Numbered from the stretch's first letter, positions 18,151 through 29,500 are shown. The stretch is DNA of 48,116 nucleotides from an uncultured Collinsella sp. (GCA_902468695.1 CABQZS010000067.1:1-48116); one strand, 5' to 3'. The notes: generated by a model not told the origin, from the sequence alone. Program-made: numbers and translations.

Positions 18151-18382
18151 GGCTCCTCCTTGAGACCAGCTCTTACCATGGACCCATCATCGCAGCGCCG
18201 CGCATACGCTGCCATCGATTTGACTTACGCCCAGCTTTCCTTTTTGAAAGGTTGGGTTGGGCCGCGCGGGCTCAAAGCGCTTTCAGGCGCATGCATCGCC
18301 GCGTTGAACTACAATGTGCTTCACCATATGTGCAGTACATTGGGTGCGCCAAGTTGGCGTACTCGTATCGAAAGGACCAGCC

Positions 18383-18784
18383 ATGAGCTTCACTCGCAAG
18401 ACTCTCAAAATCCTTGCTCTCATCTACTTTGTTTTGGGCATCGCCAGCCTCGTCACCGCCGGCGTCGGTATCGCCACGGGCGGTCTCGATTCCACGTACG
18501 GTTCGTACGCCACGCTCGCAGCGGTCGTGCTTATCGCCAAGGGTCTCGTCGACCTTGCCGCAGGCGTCGCCGGTATCAAGGGCGCCAACAAGCCTTCGCA
18601 GGTGGACGGCGCGTTTAAGCTCGGTATTGTTGCCGCGGTCGCCACGCTTGCCCAAGCGGTGCTCACGCTTCCCGCGTTTGGCAGCGACGCCATCAACTTT
18701 GGCGCCTTTGTCATCGTGGTGTACGACCTGTTCTTTGTTCAGCAGGCACACGCCGTTAAGGCCGAGAACAAGGACCGCCTATAA
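18383..18784 (+). CDS. Four-TM hypothetical membrane protein
   Basis: AAAGGA RBS; 133 aa with four hydrophobic segments; GC3-rich codons. Confidence 0.8.
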   Translation: MSFTRKTLKILALIYFVLGIASLVTAGVGIATGGLDSTYGSYATLAAVVLIAKGLVDLAAGVAGIKGANKPSQVDGAFKLGIVAAVATLAQAVLTLPAFGSDAINFGAFVIVVYDLFFVQQAHAVKAENKDRL

Positions 18785-18822
18785 GCGCTCGCTTCTCATA
18801 ACCTCTGCAGCCAAGCAACTAA

Positions 18823-18858
18823 AAAGGGCCGATCGCGCATCTCCGCGGTCGGCCCTTT
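18823..18858. terminator. Terminator between convergent genes
   Basis: AAAGGGCCGATCGCG ... CGCGGTCGGCCCTTT. Confidence 0.75.
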
Positions 18859-18874
18859 ACGTTTGCCCAGATAA

Positions 18875-18911
18875 AACCTACCAAAATAAACCTGTCCCTT
18901 TTTGGCAGGTT
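18875..18911. repeat. REP-like palindrome, family A divergent copy
   Basis: AACCTACCAAAA-taaacCTGTCCCt-TTTTGGCAGGTT. Confidence 0.5.
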
Positions 18912-18912
18912 G

Positions 18913-19728
18913 TTAGCTGTGGCGGTACTCGGCGATGATGAAGTCGATGTCGGTTTGAAGGGTGTCCAAGTTTGCCAGGCGCTCTTTGTCGGCGGGGCGT
19001 GTGCGGTAGTAGTACGGCGTCATCTGGAACACCGCCTCGATGTCGGCCTGGGTCTGAAGCGTAATATTCGCAGACACCCGCTGCGTTCCGACCAACTCGA
19101 GCTCGCTGGTCTGCGGCAGCTTCTCGTCGTTAAGGTACGGCGTATCGTAGAGCACCTCCTTGAGCCCAAAGAGGTGACGAGCACCCGGCACCACGGTGTA
19201 GAGCGAACCCTCCGGCGCCAGCACGCGGGCAAACTCGCGCTCGTTAAAGGGAGCGAAGAGCTCGGTCACCATATCGAAGGCGCCATCGGCCACGGGGATG
19301 TCCTTCATGTTGGCCACGAAGTAGGTCGCATCGCCGCGCTTGGCGGCAAGGCGCACCATCTCTTTGCCCAGGTCGAACCCGTAAGCATCCACGCCCGGCA
19401 CCGCGCCCATGGCACTCGTGTAATAGCCCTCGCCACAGCAAATATCGAGCAAGGTCATGGGACCATTCGCAGACGCAGCGCGCCCAGTCGCCCGCTCGCG
19501 CACCAGCTCGACCATTGCATCGCACAGCGGCGCGTAGTATCCACGGTTTAGAAAGTCGCGACGACTGCGCGCCTGCGACTTGGGATCGCCCATAGAGTCG
19601 CCGCTCTTGGACGAGCGCAGCAGATATAGATAGCCCTCGCGCGCACGGTCAAACCGGTGTCCGCCCGCGCACGCAGCACCGCGCTCGTCGTCCACCAACG
19701 GCTCATGGCAAACGGGACACAACAACAT
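18913..19728 (-). CDS. RlmA-like 23S rRNA (guanine-N1)-methyltransferase
   Basis: N-terminal CPVC...C..GH.FD...EGY zinc site, RR.FL..GYY, DICCGEGYY, MTPYYY. Confidence 0.85.
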   Translation of the reverse strand: MLLCPVCHEPLVDDERGAACAGGHRFDRAREGYLYLLRSSKSGDSMGDPKSQARSRRDFLNRGYYAPLCDAMVELVRERATGRAASANGPMTLLDICCGEGYYTSAMGAVPGVDAYGFDLGKEMVRLAAKRGDATYFVANMKDIPVADGAFDMVTELFAPFNEREFARVLAPEGSLYTVVPGARHLFGLKEVLYDTPYLNDEKLPQTSELELVGTQRVSANITLQTQADIEAVFQMTPYYYRTRPADKERLANLDTLQTDIDFIIAEYRHS

Positions 19729-19782
19729 GACAACTCCTTAGCGCGAACAACACAACGCCCACCATTGTCGCACGCCTTCCCT

Positions 19783-19856
19783 ACCTAGTCACAGAAGAGA
19801 CAAGGAGTGTCCCCAGCTGCCGACAGAAAAGGAACGTCCCTAAGTGCCGACTGGTT
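19783..19856. repeat. Degenerate family B REP-like remnant
   Basis: CTAGTC...GAGTGTCCCC...GGAACGTCCC...GACTGG, resembling the 32090 and 43407 elements. Confidence 0.4.
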
Positions 19857-19919
19857 GCATTAGGAGTATCATCGTCTGCGCAAATAAGCACGATATAGCA
19901 TGTTAGAGATTGAGAGCGT

Positions 19920-21302
19920 ATGGCTGATACCGTATCTAAGCACATTGACATGACCACCGGCTCGCTGTGGCGCAATATCCCCCTGTTCGCCTTCCCCGTG
20001 GCCGCCACGAGCATCTTGGAGCAGCTGTCGAACCTCATCGCCACGGTCATCATCGGTAACTTCTCGGGCGACCAGGGAACCCTCGCCATGGCGGCGGTCG
20101 GCTCCAATGTTCCGCTTACCAGTCTTATGCTCAACCTGTTCATTGGCATGTCGCTTGGCTCCAACGTGGTCATCGCCAACGCTATCGGCCGCAACGATCA
20201 AAACATGGTCAAACGCGCCGTCCATACCTCGATTTTAATGGCGCTCGTGGGCTTTGTCGTCATCGCGCTGGGCGAGATCTTTGCCGAGCCCATGCTCGCC
20301 GCCCTCAACGTTCCCTCCGAAACCATGCCACTTGCTTCGCTCTACCTGCGCGTCTTTTTGCTCAGCCTGCCCTCGATCTTGCTCTACAACTTTGAAGCCG
20401 CGATCTTCCGCTCCGTCGGCATCACCCGCATGCCGCTGCAGGCGCTTGCCGTGTCCACCGTCCTCAACATTGGCCTGGACCTCATCTTTGTCCCTGTGCT
20501 CCACTGGGGTGTCGCGGGCGTCGCCATCGCCACCGCCATCGCCTACACCGTCAGCGCCGCTACGCTCTTTATCCGCCTGCTCAAGACCGACTCCGTCGTC
20601 CGCGTCACCCTACGCGACCTGGCTATCGACCCCGTCGCCCTCAAGCGCATCGTCAAGATCGGCCTGCCCGCCGGCATCCAAAGCGCCGTCTTTGCCGTCG
20701 CCAACATCATCATCCAGTCTGCCATCAACAGCCTGGGCACCGAGGTCATGGCGGCATCGAGCGCCGCCATGAGTCTGGAGTACGTGTGCTATAACCTGCT
20801 CAACAGCTTTAGCCAGGCTTGCACCACCTTTGTGGGACAAAACCACGGCGCCCGCCAGATCGACCGCTGCACCAAGACGCTCAAGGTCTGCCTGGTCGAA
20901 GGCGGTATCGTTGCACTCACCACGATCATCGTTATTGTCGGCCTAGGGCGCGAGATCTTGTCGCTCTTTAACAGCGATCCCAACATCGTCTCGATAGGCT
21001 ATATCCGCGTGTGTTCGATCTTCCCGGCGTACGCCTTTAGCATGTTCTACGAAAACATGTCCGGCTACCTGCGCGGCTTTGGTATCTCGCTCACGCCCGC
21101 CCTCATCACCATGATCTGCGTCTGCGGCATCCGCTTCTATTGGGTGTTCTGCGTGTTCCCGCACTTCCGCACCTTTGCGAACATCATGATGGTCTACCCC
21201 ATCAGCCTGGGCACCACGGCGTTCTTTATGGTCGTGGCGGTGCTACTTTGCCACCCGGCACGCACCTATCGCGCCACCCAAGCCAGAGCGACAGCCCGCT
21301 AA
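19920..21302 (+). CDS. MATE family efflux transporter
   Basis: DMTTGSL, ~12 TM segments, KIGLPAGIQ, FVGQNHGA. Confidence 0.92.
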   Translation: MADTVSKHIDMTTGSLWRNIPLFAFPVAATSILEQLSNLIATVIIGNFSGDQGTLAMAAVGSNVPLTSLMLNLFIGMSLGSNVVIANAIGRNDQNMVKRAVHTSILMALVGFVVIALGEIFAEPMLAALNVPSETMPLASLYLRVFLLSLPSILLYNFEAAIFRSVGITRMPLQALAVSTVLNIGLDLIFVPVLHWGVAGVAIATAIAYTVSAATLFIRLLKTDSVVRVTLRDLAIDPVALKRIVKIGLPAGIQSAVFAVANIIIQSAINSLGTEVMAASSAAMSLEYVCYNLLNSFSQACTTFVGQNHGARQIDRCTKTLKVCLVEGGIVALTTIIVIVGLGREILSLFNSDPNIVSIGYIRVCSIFPAYAFSMFYENMSGYLRGFGISLTPALITMICVCGIRFYWVFCVFPHFRTFANIMMVYPISLGTTAFFMVVAVLLCHPARTYRATQARATAR

Positions 21303-21329
21303 ACACCACACTCAACGCCACGCCAGTCA

Positions 21330-22196
21330 TTAATTGACAATATGCGAGCTCATATAGTCGATAAAGCGCCTCGTGGCGATAGGCATGGTGTCCCAGCTGC
21401 GCCAGGCGGCCACTACGTCGCGCGAGGGGGCGTGCACGATGGGACGTACGCGAATATCGGCACGCATGCCCTCCACAGTACGACGGTAGAGCATGCTCAC
21501 GCCTAGGCCCTCCTCCACCATTGCCATGATGGTGTAGTCGTCGGTCACCTCGCTCGTTACGTGCGGCGACAGCCCATGCGTCGCGAATGCATCGAGCACC
21601 AGACTCTGTTCGCCCTCATCCAGCAGCACAAACGGCTCGGACGCTAAGTCGGCGAGCGTCACCTTTTCCTTTGCTGTCAGCGGATGCGCGGCCGGCAGCA
21701 ATGCCACCAACTCGTCGTGATAGACCACGCGCTTCTCGAGTCCAGCGGTAAACCCACGTGCCGTAAAGCAAAAATCAACCACGCCATCGTGCACCCACTG
21801 GGCGTTGCGCGTGTAATCGCCCTGCTTGAGGGTAAAGCGTACGCCCGGGTGCAGGGCTCCAAAGTCGCGAATCACGCGCGGCAGCACGGTTCGACTCACG
21901 TTGGTAAACGTCGCGATGCGAATATCAGTCGACGAAAGCCCCAGCAGCTCCTGGCGCTTGCCCTCGAGCTCAGCCTCGGCAGTCACAATCTGGCGCAGGT
22001 ACGGCAGATATTGTTTACCGTCGCGCGTAAGCGACACGCTCTGCTTGCCGCGCTCGATAATCGTAGTGCCCAGCTCGCGCTCGAGTGCCTTGACGGCCTG
22101 GCTCACCGCACTTTGCGTATAGCCCAGCTCGTCCGCCGCGCCCTTAAGACTGCCGCGATCGACCACCATACAAACAATCTGATACCGCGATGCCAT
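21330..22196 (-). CDS. LysR family transcriptional regulator
   Basis: GS...AADELGYTQSAVSQ.V..LE.ELG HTH plus substrate-binding domain. Confidence 0.93.
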   Translation of the reverse strand: MASRYQIVCMVVDRGSLKGAADELGYTQSAVSQAVKALERELGTTIIERGKQSVSLTRDGKQYLPYLRQIVTAEAELEGKRQELLGLSSTDIRIATFTNVSRTVLPRVIRDFGALHPGVRFTLKQGDYTRNAQWVHDGVVDFCFTARGFTAGLEKRVVYHDELVALLPAAHPLTAKEKVTLADLASEPFVLLDEGEQSLVLDAFATHGLSPHVTSEVTDDYTIMAMVEEGLGVSMLYRRTVEGMRADIRVRPIVHAPSRDVVAAWRSWDTMPIATRRFIDYMSSHIVN

Positions 22197-22354
22197 CGCG
22201 CCTCCACATCAATGCAGCCGTAAAACGTTTTGCCAGTACTTTTCCTAATGACATTAGCATTTCTTAATCATACTGAAGATACATTCGCTTTACTACATCC
22301 ACATCTGGGAGCAGAATCCTTTTTACGAAACCGTTCTGTAACAAAAGGAGTCCC

Positions 22355-23257
22355 ATGGATCGCAAAAAAGCAATCGCGCTCTCATTTTCCGTTCCCGTTG
22401 CATGGGGCTTTTCGTACCCCCTCATGAAGATCGGCATGGACAGCATGAACGCAACGAGCATCGTTGCGCTGCGCTGCATCATCGCCTTTGCGGCTTGCCT
22501 GTTACTCTTCCACAAGCACGCGTTGCGCATCAACCGCGACCTTATGGTTCGCGCCGCCATCATCGGCGCCATCATGGCAACCGAGCTCACCTGCATGTGC
22601 CTGGGCTCCAGCCTCACCTCTGCCTCCACCGCCGGCTTTTTGCAGAGCCTGACGGTCGTGATCGTGCCGTTTGCCAACGCCGCCCTGCTGCGCCGCGCCC
22701 CCGAGCGCAAAGTGCTCATCGGCACCGCCATCGTCACCTGCGGTATGCTACTACTCTCGGGCGCCGACTTCACCAGCCTGAACCCGGGCGCGCTCATCAT
22801 GCTGCTCTCGGCCTTTATCTATGCCAGCCACATTATCGTGGCCAAGCGCTTTGTCGAAGAAGTCGATCCGCTGGCTCTGGGCGTTTGGCAGCTGGGCTTC
22901 GGCGGCTTGTTCTCGGGCATCGCCGCATTCACCTTTGGCGGTTTCACGCTTCCCGGCACGCCGGGCGAGGTCGTGGTCGTCGTCGCACTCGCACTCATCT
23001 GCTCTGCCTATGGCTTTATCACCCAAACGCTCGTGCAGCCCCACGTGCCTGCCGAGACCACCGGCTTCGCTTTCTCGCTCGAGCCGGTCTGCTCTGCCGT
23101 CTTCTCGTTCTTCCTGGTCGGCGAGGTCCTGAGCCCCATCGCCTTCTTTGGCGCCGCCCTCATCCTCACCGGCGTCATGGTGGCAACCGTCGAGCTTCCG
23201 CGCCTCCGCGCACACGGACAGGCTCGCATGGCAGGAGCGCCCGAGCACGTCTCGTAG
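22355..23257 (+). CDS. EamA/DMT family transporter
   Basis: WGFSY, ~10 TM segments, SLEPV; divergent from LysR. Confidence 0.9.
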   Translation: MDRKKAIALSFSVPVAWGFSYPLMKIGMDSMNATSIVALRCIIAFAACLLLFHKHALRINRDLMVRAAIIGAIMATELTCMCLGSSLTSASTAGFLQSLTVVIVPFANAALLRRAPERKVLIGTAIVTCGMLLLSGADFTSLNPGALIMLLSAFIYASHIIVAKRFVEEVDPLALGVWQLGFGGLFSGIAAFTFGGFTLPGTPGEVVVVVALALICSAYGFITQTLVQPHVPAETTGFAFSLEPVCSAVFSFFLVGEVLSPIAFFGAALILTGVMVATVELPRLRAHGQARMAGAPEHVS

Positions 23258-23345
23258 ACCCCACTCTTCATACAGCCGTGGCATAAAGGCAACCGGTGCG
23301 CCTTTACAATAGATGCCAACAGAGCATCTGGCGTAAAGGAGCCCC

Positions 23346-24071
23346 ATGGACGCCGCGACCCGCGACCGCAACATAGCAACTTGGTTGGGCGATGCGCCGC
23401 AGCCGGTACGTGACACCACGAACCAGCTGCTCGAGCGCATCGCCCTTTTGCGTGCCGAGCAGACTATCTACCCGGCACAAGACGACATCCTCAATGCCCT
23501 CGCCTACACGCCGGCCGACCAGGTCAAGGTTGTCATCTTGGGTCAAGACCCCTATCACGGACCCAACCAGGCCATGGGGCTGTCGTTCTCGGTCCCCGCG
23601 ACGCAAACCAAGTTGCCGCCGAGCCTGCGCAACATCTATAAGGAGCTCAATGCCGATCTGGGCTGCCCCATTCCTGCCACGGGAGACCTAACCCTATGGG
23701 CGCAACAGGGCATCCTGCTCCTCAACACTACGCTCACCGTACGCGAGCATGCCGCGAACTCGCACGCCAAACTGGGCTGGAGCACGCTCACCGACTACGT
23801 TATCGAACGCTGTTGCCAGCTGCCCCAACCGGTAGTCTTTTTGGCATGGGGCCGCTTTGCCCAGCAGATGGTCGAAGGTAAGCTCGTCGCGACCGGCGCG
23901 GGCAAGGCAACCGACAAGTTCTGCCTGGCCTCCACACACCCCTCGCCGCTTTCGGCCAACCGCGCCACGGCAGAACTCCCCGCCTTTATGGGGTCGCGCC
24001 CCTTCTCTGCCGCCAATCGGCTACTCGAACAGCACGGCTCGACCCCCGTCAACTGGACTTGCATCGGCTAA
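23346..24071 (+). CDS. ung: Uracil-DNA glycosylase (family 1)
   Basis: GQDPYHGP, PPSLRNIYKEL, LLLNTTLTV, HPSPLS. Confidence 0.96.
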   Translation: MDAATRDRNIATWLGDAPQPVRDTTNQLLERIALLRAEQTIYPAQDDILNALAYTPADQVKVVILGQDPYHGPNQAMGLSFSVPATQTKLPPSLRNIYKELNADLGCPIPATGDLTLWAQQGILLLNTTLTVREHAANSHAKLGWSTLTDYVIERCCQLPQPVVFLAWGRFAQQMVEGKLVATGAGKATDKFCLASTHPSPLSANRATAELPAFMGSRPFSAANRLLEQHGSTPVNWTCIG

Positions 24072-24086
24072 AAATCGATACATCAA

Positions 24087-24120
24087 AAACGCGCCCGACG
24101 GCTTTCCATCGGGCGCGTTT
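24087..24120. terminator. Bidirectional terminator
   Basis: AAACGCGCCCGA ... TCGGGCGCGTTT. Confidence 0.75.
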
Positions 24121-24121
24121 C

Positions 24122-24802
24122 CTATTCGGGCCAAATAAATTGTGTGCGACCGGCCTCGCCGCCATCGATCAGCAGGCTCTGCCCGGTCATAAACCGGTTG
24201 GTCACGCCCACAAAGTAGATCCACTCGGCGATCTCTTGGGCGGTGGCCCAGCGTTTAAGCGGCGTGAGCTCCATAATCTGGTTCCACAGGCGCTCGTCTT
24301 CCATCACGCAACGGTTGAGCGGCGTGATAACGCCGCCCGGGTCCACACTGTTGGCGATGGCCTGCGGTGCCAGGCGGTTTGCAAGGTTCTTGGTGTAGGC
24401 GATAACGCCGCCCTTGCTGGCGGCATAGGCGGGAAACTCCGATCCAGTATGCCCGCTCGCCGACCCCACATTGACCACGGATTTGATAGCCGGCGCCGGC
24501 TTGGCGGCAAGCCCCTCCCCCACAAAGGCGTAGCGCTCGGTCACGTTGATGGTGCCACACAGGTTGGCGGCGATATCGTCGGCCGAATCCTGCGTACCGG
24601 CAACGTTCACGATCACCTGAGGCTCAAGGTCGCTTGGAAACGAGTCCGGCTCGCGGACATCAACGATCAGATGGCGGTAGCGCTCGTGCTCGATCGCCGC
24701 CGGCAAAAGATCAAAGCCCACGACCTCGTGGCCCTCGTCCAAAAAGCGCCGCACGCATGCGGCTCCGATACCGCCCGAAGCGCCCGTGATCAAAACCCGC
24801 AT
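24122..24802 (-). CDS. Short-chain dehydrogenase/reductase (SDR)
   Basis: TGASGGIG, NVAG, YAASK, PGG.ITPL, TGQSLLIDGG. Confidence 0.92.
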   Translation of the reverse strand: MRVLITGASGGIGAACVRRFLDEGHEVVGFDLLPAAIEHERYRHLIVDVREPDSFPSDLEPQVIVNVAGTQDSADDIAANLCGTINVTERYAFVGEGLAAKPAPAIKSVVNVGSASGHTGSEFPAYAASKGGVIAYTKNLANRLAPQAIANSVDPGGVITPLNRCVMEDERLWNQIMELTPLKRWATAQEIAEWIYFVGVTNRFMTGQSLLIDGGEAGRTQFIWPE

Positions 24803-24811
24803 ACTTGCTCC

Positions 24812-25534
24812 TTAGGCGGTTGCGTGGCGCTCGAGGTACTCGGAGCCCACATTCTCGCGCTCCCAGCCGCGCACGACCTTGTAGCCCACGGGGCTCAGGA
24901 AGACCTCGCACAGCAGCTCGGCAACAGCGCCCGTCAGCGAGCACATAAGGACCTGCACCCAGGTCCAACCAAAGAACGTGTGGCTTACCACAATGGCAAA
25001 GACCAGGTTGTCGATAAACTGGCCAACACCCGTAGACACATAGGAGCGGAAGGCAAAGCTCGCAAAGTTATTCTTTTTGAGCATACGGCCGAGCGACTGG
25101 TTGAGCGTGGAGTTAACCACGGCAGAAACGAGCATTGCCAGCGAAGAGCCCAGTACCACGTACCAGGTGCCGCCGATGGTGGCGTTAAGGGCGGTGTTGA
25201 CCTCGATCATGCCGGTGTCGTAGTAGGCGCCCCACATACCGGGCGTGAGCGAGCATGCCCAAAAGCACAGGCTCACGGCCAGGTTGACCAGCAGCGCGAG
25301 GATAGAGATTTTAATGGATGCCTTGGCGCCAAAGCGCTTGCAGATCATGTCCTGGCACAAAAACGAAACCCAGCTCACCACAAAGCCGCAATCGAGTGCC
25401 AGATACGGCAGGCTGATGAGCTCTTTGTTGGCCAGCAGGTTCATCATGATGACGCTCACGAAAAACAGCGAAACCGTTGCCGCGGGAATGCTCCGCAACA
25501 GGACCTTGTAGTCCTCCATGACCTTCTTGATCAT
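24812..25534 (-). CDS. VUT family (YhhQ-like) queuosine-precursor transporter
   Basis: NLLANK, QDMICKRFG, RSYVSTGVGQFIDNLVF; multi-TM; AAAGGAG RBS. Confidence 0.85.
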   Translation of the reverse strand: MIKKVMEDYKVLLRSIPAATVSLFFVSVIMMNLLANKELISLPYLALDCGFVVSWVSFLCQDMICKRFGAKASIKISILALLVNLAVSLCFWACSLTPGMWGAYYDTGMIEVNTALNATIGGTWYVVLGSSLAMLVSAVVNSTLNQSLGRMLKKNNFASFAFRSYVSTGVGQFIDNLVFAIVVSHTFFGWTWVQVLMCSLTGAVAELLCEVFLSPVGYKVVRGWERENVGSEYLERHATA

Positions 25535-25550
25535 TGTGTACTCCTTTGGT

Positions 25551-25590
25551 TTTAGGTTTAACGAGCAGGATATCGGACCCGAACTGCTCG
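25551..25590 (-). promoter_or_regulatory. Candidate preQ1 class I-like riboswitch
   Basis: Minus strand CGAGCAG-UUCGGGUCCGAUAUC-CUGCUCG-UUAAACCUAAA just before the RBS of the VUT gene. Confidence 0.45.
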
Positions 25591-25690
25591 GACGCCCCGG
25601 TCTTGAGACGACGGTGGGTATGATAGCCGCTCACGCGGCATCAGGCAAGCAAACGGCGCGGCAGCCCCGCAGGACCACCGCGCCGATGCG

Positions 25691-27304
<1,614 letters not shown>

Positions 27305-27441
27305 GCGGATCCTTTCTTGCATTGAGTGCATTACGTCGTTGTAACCGCACTATTGTAGCCGCGAAATCTCGCTCTAGGGCGCCTATCAGGACAAATTCAT
27401 CAGTTGGGGCCTGGGTAGCCGGCCCAATCCGTATTTGCCTC

Positions 27442-27492
27442 TTGCATAACTGTGCATAGTGTATATATACTGTGATTACCGGTTATATACAC
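27442..27492 (+). promoter_or_regulatory. Promoter with a YtrA-type inverted-repeat operator
   Basis: TTGCAT (27442) and TATACT (27466); GTGTATATA-N16-TATATACAC overlapping the -10. Confidence 0.6.
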
Positions 27493-27519
27493 GTGTAGCC
27501 CAACAGCTAAGGAGCCGCT

Positions 27520-27900
27520 GTGGACATCATCCTATCCAATTCGAGCGACAAGCCCATCTACGAGCAGATAACCTCGCAAGTCAAAGTTCAGATCTTATCG
27601 GGCACGCTCGCTGCGGGAGCCAAACTCCCCAGCATCCGTGCACTCGCGAGCGATCTTGGCGTGAGCGTCATCACCACAAAGCGCGCCTACGCCGACCTGG
27701 AGCAGCTCGGGTTTATCTGCACCGTGCAGGGCAAGGGCTGTTTTGTCGCCGAGGGCAACCAGGAACTCTTGCGCGAAAACCAGCTCTGCCATATCGAAGA
27801 GCTGCTTACGAAAGCGGCGAGCCAAGCCGAAACCCTGGGTGTCACGCGCGACAAGCTGCACGAGATGCTCGACCTGGTAGCCCCCGAAACCATGCAGTAG
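27520..27900 (+). CDS. GntR (YtrA subfamily) regulator
   Basis: PIYEQI...LPSIR.LA.DLGVSVITTKRAY..LE; AAGGAG RBS with GTG start. Confidence 0.93.
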   Translation: MDIILSNSSDKPIYEQITSQVKVQILSGTLAAGAKLPSIRALASDLGVSVITTKRAYADLEQLGFICTVQGKGCFVAEGNQELLRENQLCHIEELLTKAASQAETLGVTRDKLHEMLDLVAPETMQ

Positions 27901-27923
27901 CCATCTGCAAGAAAGGCTATACC

Positions 27924-28805
27924 ATGCAAAACTTGTTAGAACTCAAAGGTGTCTCACGCCGCGTGAGCGAACGTTTTTCGCTGCGTGATGTCACGCTCGC
28001 CGTGGAGCCCGGCCAGATTGTTGGCTTTGTGGGCGCTAACGGCGCCGGCAAGACAACGACCATTCGCGCCGCGCTCGGGCTTATCAAGCTCGATGCCGGC
28101 AAGGTGCGCCTGTTTGGGCAGCGCTGTGGCACCGACGCGCCCGATGAGACACAGCGCTGCCTGCGCTCCCGCGTCGGTCTCGTCCTGGACACATGCCCCT
28201 TCCCTTCAACGCTCAAGGTGGGCCAAATCGAGGCACTCGTAGGCCCGGCGTACCCCACGTGGGACCGCAAAACGTTCGCCGGATTCATCGACCGATTTGG
28301 CCTCGATCCCAAGACAAAGGTCAAGGACCTCTCCCGCGGCATGGGCATGAAACTGCAGCTTGCCTGTGCACTCAGCCATAATGCCAAGCTACTCCTTTTG
28401 GACGAAGCCACCGCGGGCCTCGATCCCATGGCGCGCGAGGAACTGCTCGATGAGCTGCTTGCTTTTGTCGCCGACGGCCAGCACAGCGTGCTGCTCTCGA
28501 GCCACATTACGTCCGACCTCGATCGCGCCGCCGACCGCGTCATCTGCATCGATAACGGCTCGATTGTGTTTGACCTGCCGCGCGAGGACATTACCGACCG
28601 AGCCGGCATCGCCCACTGCACCCAAGCCCAGGCCGCCGAGCTTATGGCTTGCGTCGAAGGTGCCCATGCCGCCCGCCACGCCTACAGCGTGGACGTGCTC
28701 GTGCCCAACCGTCGCGAAACGCTCGAGGCCTTTCCCGAGATTCCCTGCGATCGGGCAACCATTGACGACTATCTTCGCCTCACGCTGAAAGGGGCTTCAA
28801 AATGA
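27924..28805 (+). CDS. ABC transporter ATP-binding protein
   Basis: GANGAGKTT, LSRGM, LLLDE, SSH; GAAAGG RBS. Confidence 0.93.
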   Translation: MQNLLELKGVSRRVSERFSLRDVTLAVEPGQIVGFVGANGAGKTTTIRAALGLIKLDAGKVRLFGQRCGTDAPDETQRCLRSRVGLVLDTCPFPSTLKVGQIEALVGPAYPTWDRKTFAGFIDRFGLDPKTKVKDLSRGMGMKLQLACALSHNAKLLLLDEATAGLDPMAREELLDELLAFVADGQHSVLLSSHITSDLDRAADRVICIDNGSIVFDLPREDITDRAGIAHCTQAQAAELMACVEGAHAARHAYSVDVLVPNRRETLEAFPEIPCDRATIDDYLRLTLKGASK

Positions 28806-29500
28806 AACGCGCCTTTACGTCCGAGCTCGCCATCGCTCGCACGCTCATCCCGAGCATTGCGGGCGTCGGCCTGTTCATCTTCGTCGTGCTAACCCTTGCC
28901 AACGCATCGGACGGCGATTCCGGTATGAGCGCCGGCGCCTGCGCGGTCAGCGCCATGTCGCCCATCATAATCATGAACTCACTGGCTGGCTACGATAACC
29001 AAAACGGCTGGGAGCGCTATCGGGCAACGCTGCCGTTCTCGCGCAAAGACATCATCTGCGCACGCTACCTGTGCATTATTGCTTTCTCGGCCGTCATGGC
29101 ATGCGCCGCCGTGCTTTTGAACATCATCGCCCTTCCGTTCTTCGATCCCACGGGCATTCCCTCGACGGGACAGACCGTCTTTGAGATCACAATAGCCTCC
29201 GCCGCATCGATGCTCATCTCCCTCATGATGGTGTTTTTGGCACAGCCGCTGTTCTTTCGATTTGGACACATGGAGGCGCTGCGCCTTTCCGTCGGCCTGT
29301 TTGCCCTGATGGGCTGCGGTACCATGGCAATGCTGAGCTCTTCCAACCCCATTAGCAACTGGCTCATGTCGATTGCCGGAGCGAATCCCGACCCTGCCGT
29401 CCTCGGCTGTCTGTGCGCAGGCATCGCCGTACTGGCCCTCGCGCTATGTGCAATCAGCTGCGCTGTCAGCACCAAGGTCTATCGAGCACGCGATCTGTAG
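28802..29500 (+). CDS. ABC-2 type permease
   Basis: 4-bp ATGA overlap; GWERYRATLPFSRKDII.ARY; ~6 TM segments. Confidence 0.85.
   Translation: MKRAFTSELAIARTLIPSIAGVGLFIFVVLTLANASDGDSGMSAGACAVSAMSPIIIMNSLAGYDNQNGWERYRATLPFSRKDIICARYLCIIAFSAVMACAAVLLNIIALPFFDPTGIPSTGQTVFEITIASAASMLISLMMVFLAQPLFFRFGHMEALRLSVGLFALMGCGTMAMLSSSNPISNWLMSIAGANPDPAVLGCLCAGIAVLALALCAISCAVSTKVYRARDL

Noticed and set aside
27459..27923. N-terminal extension of the 448-aa ABC ATPase ORF
   Set aside because: It overlaps the GntR gene in another frame; an RBS supports a start at 27924.
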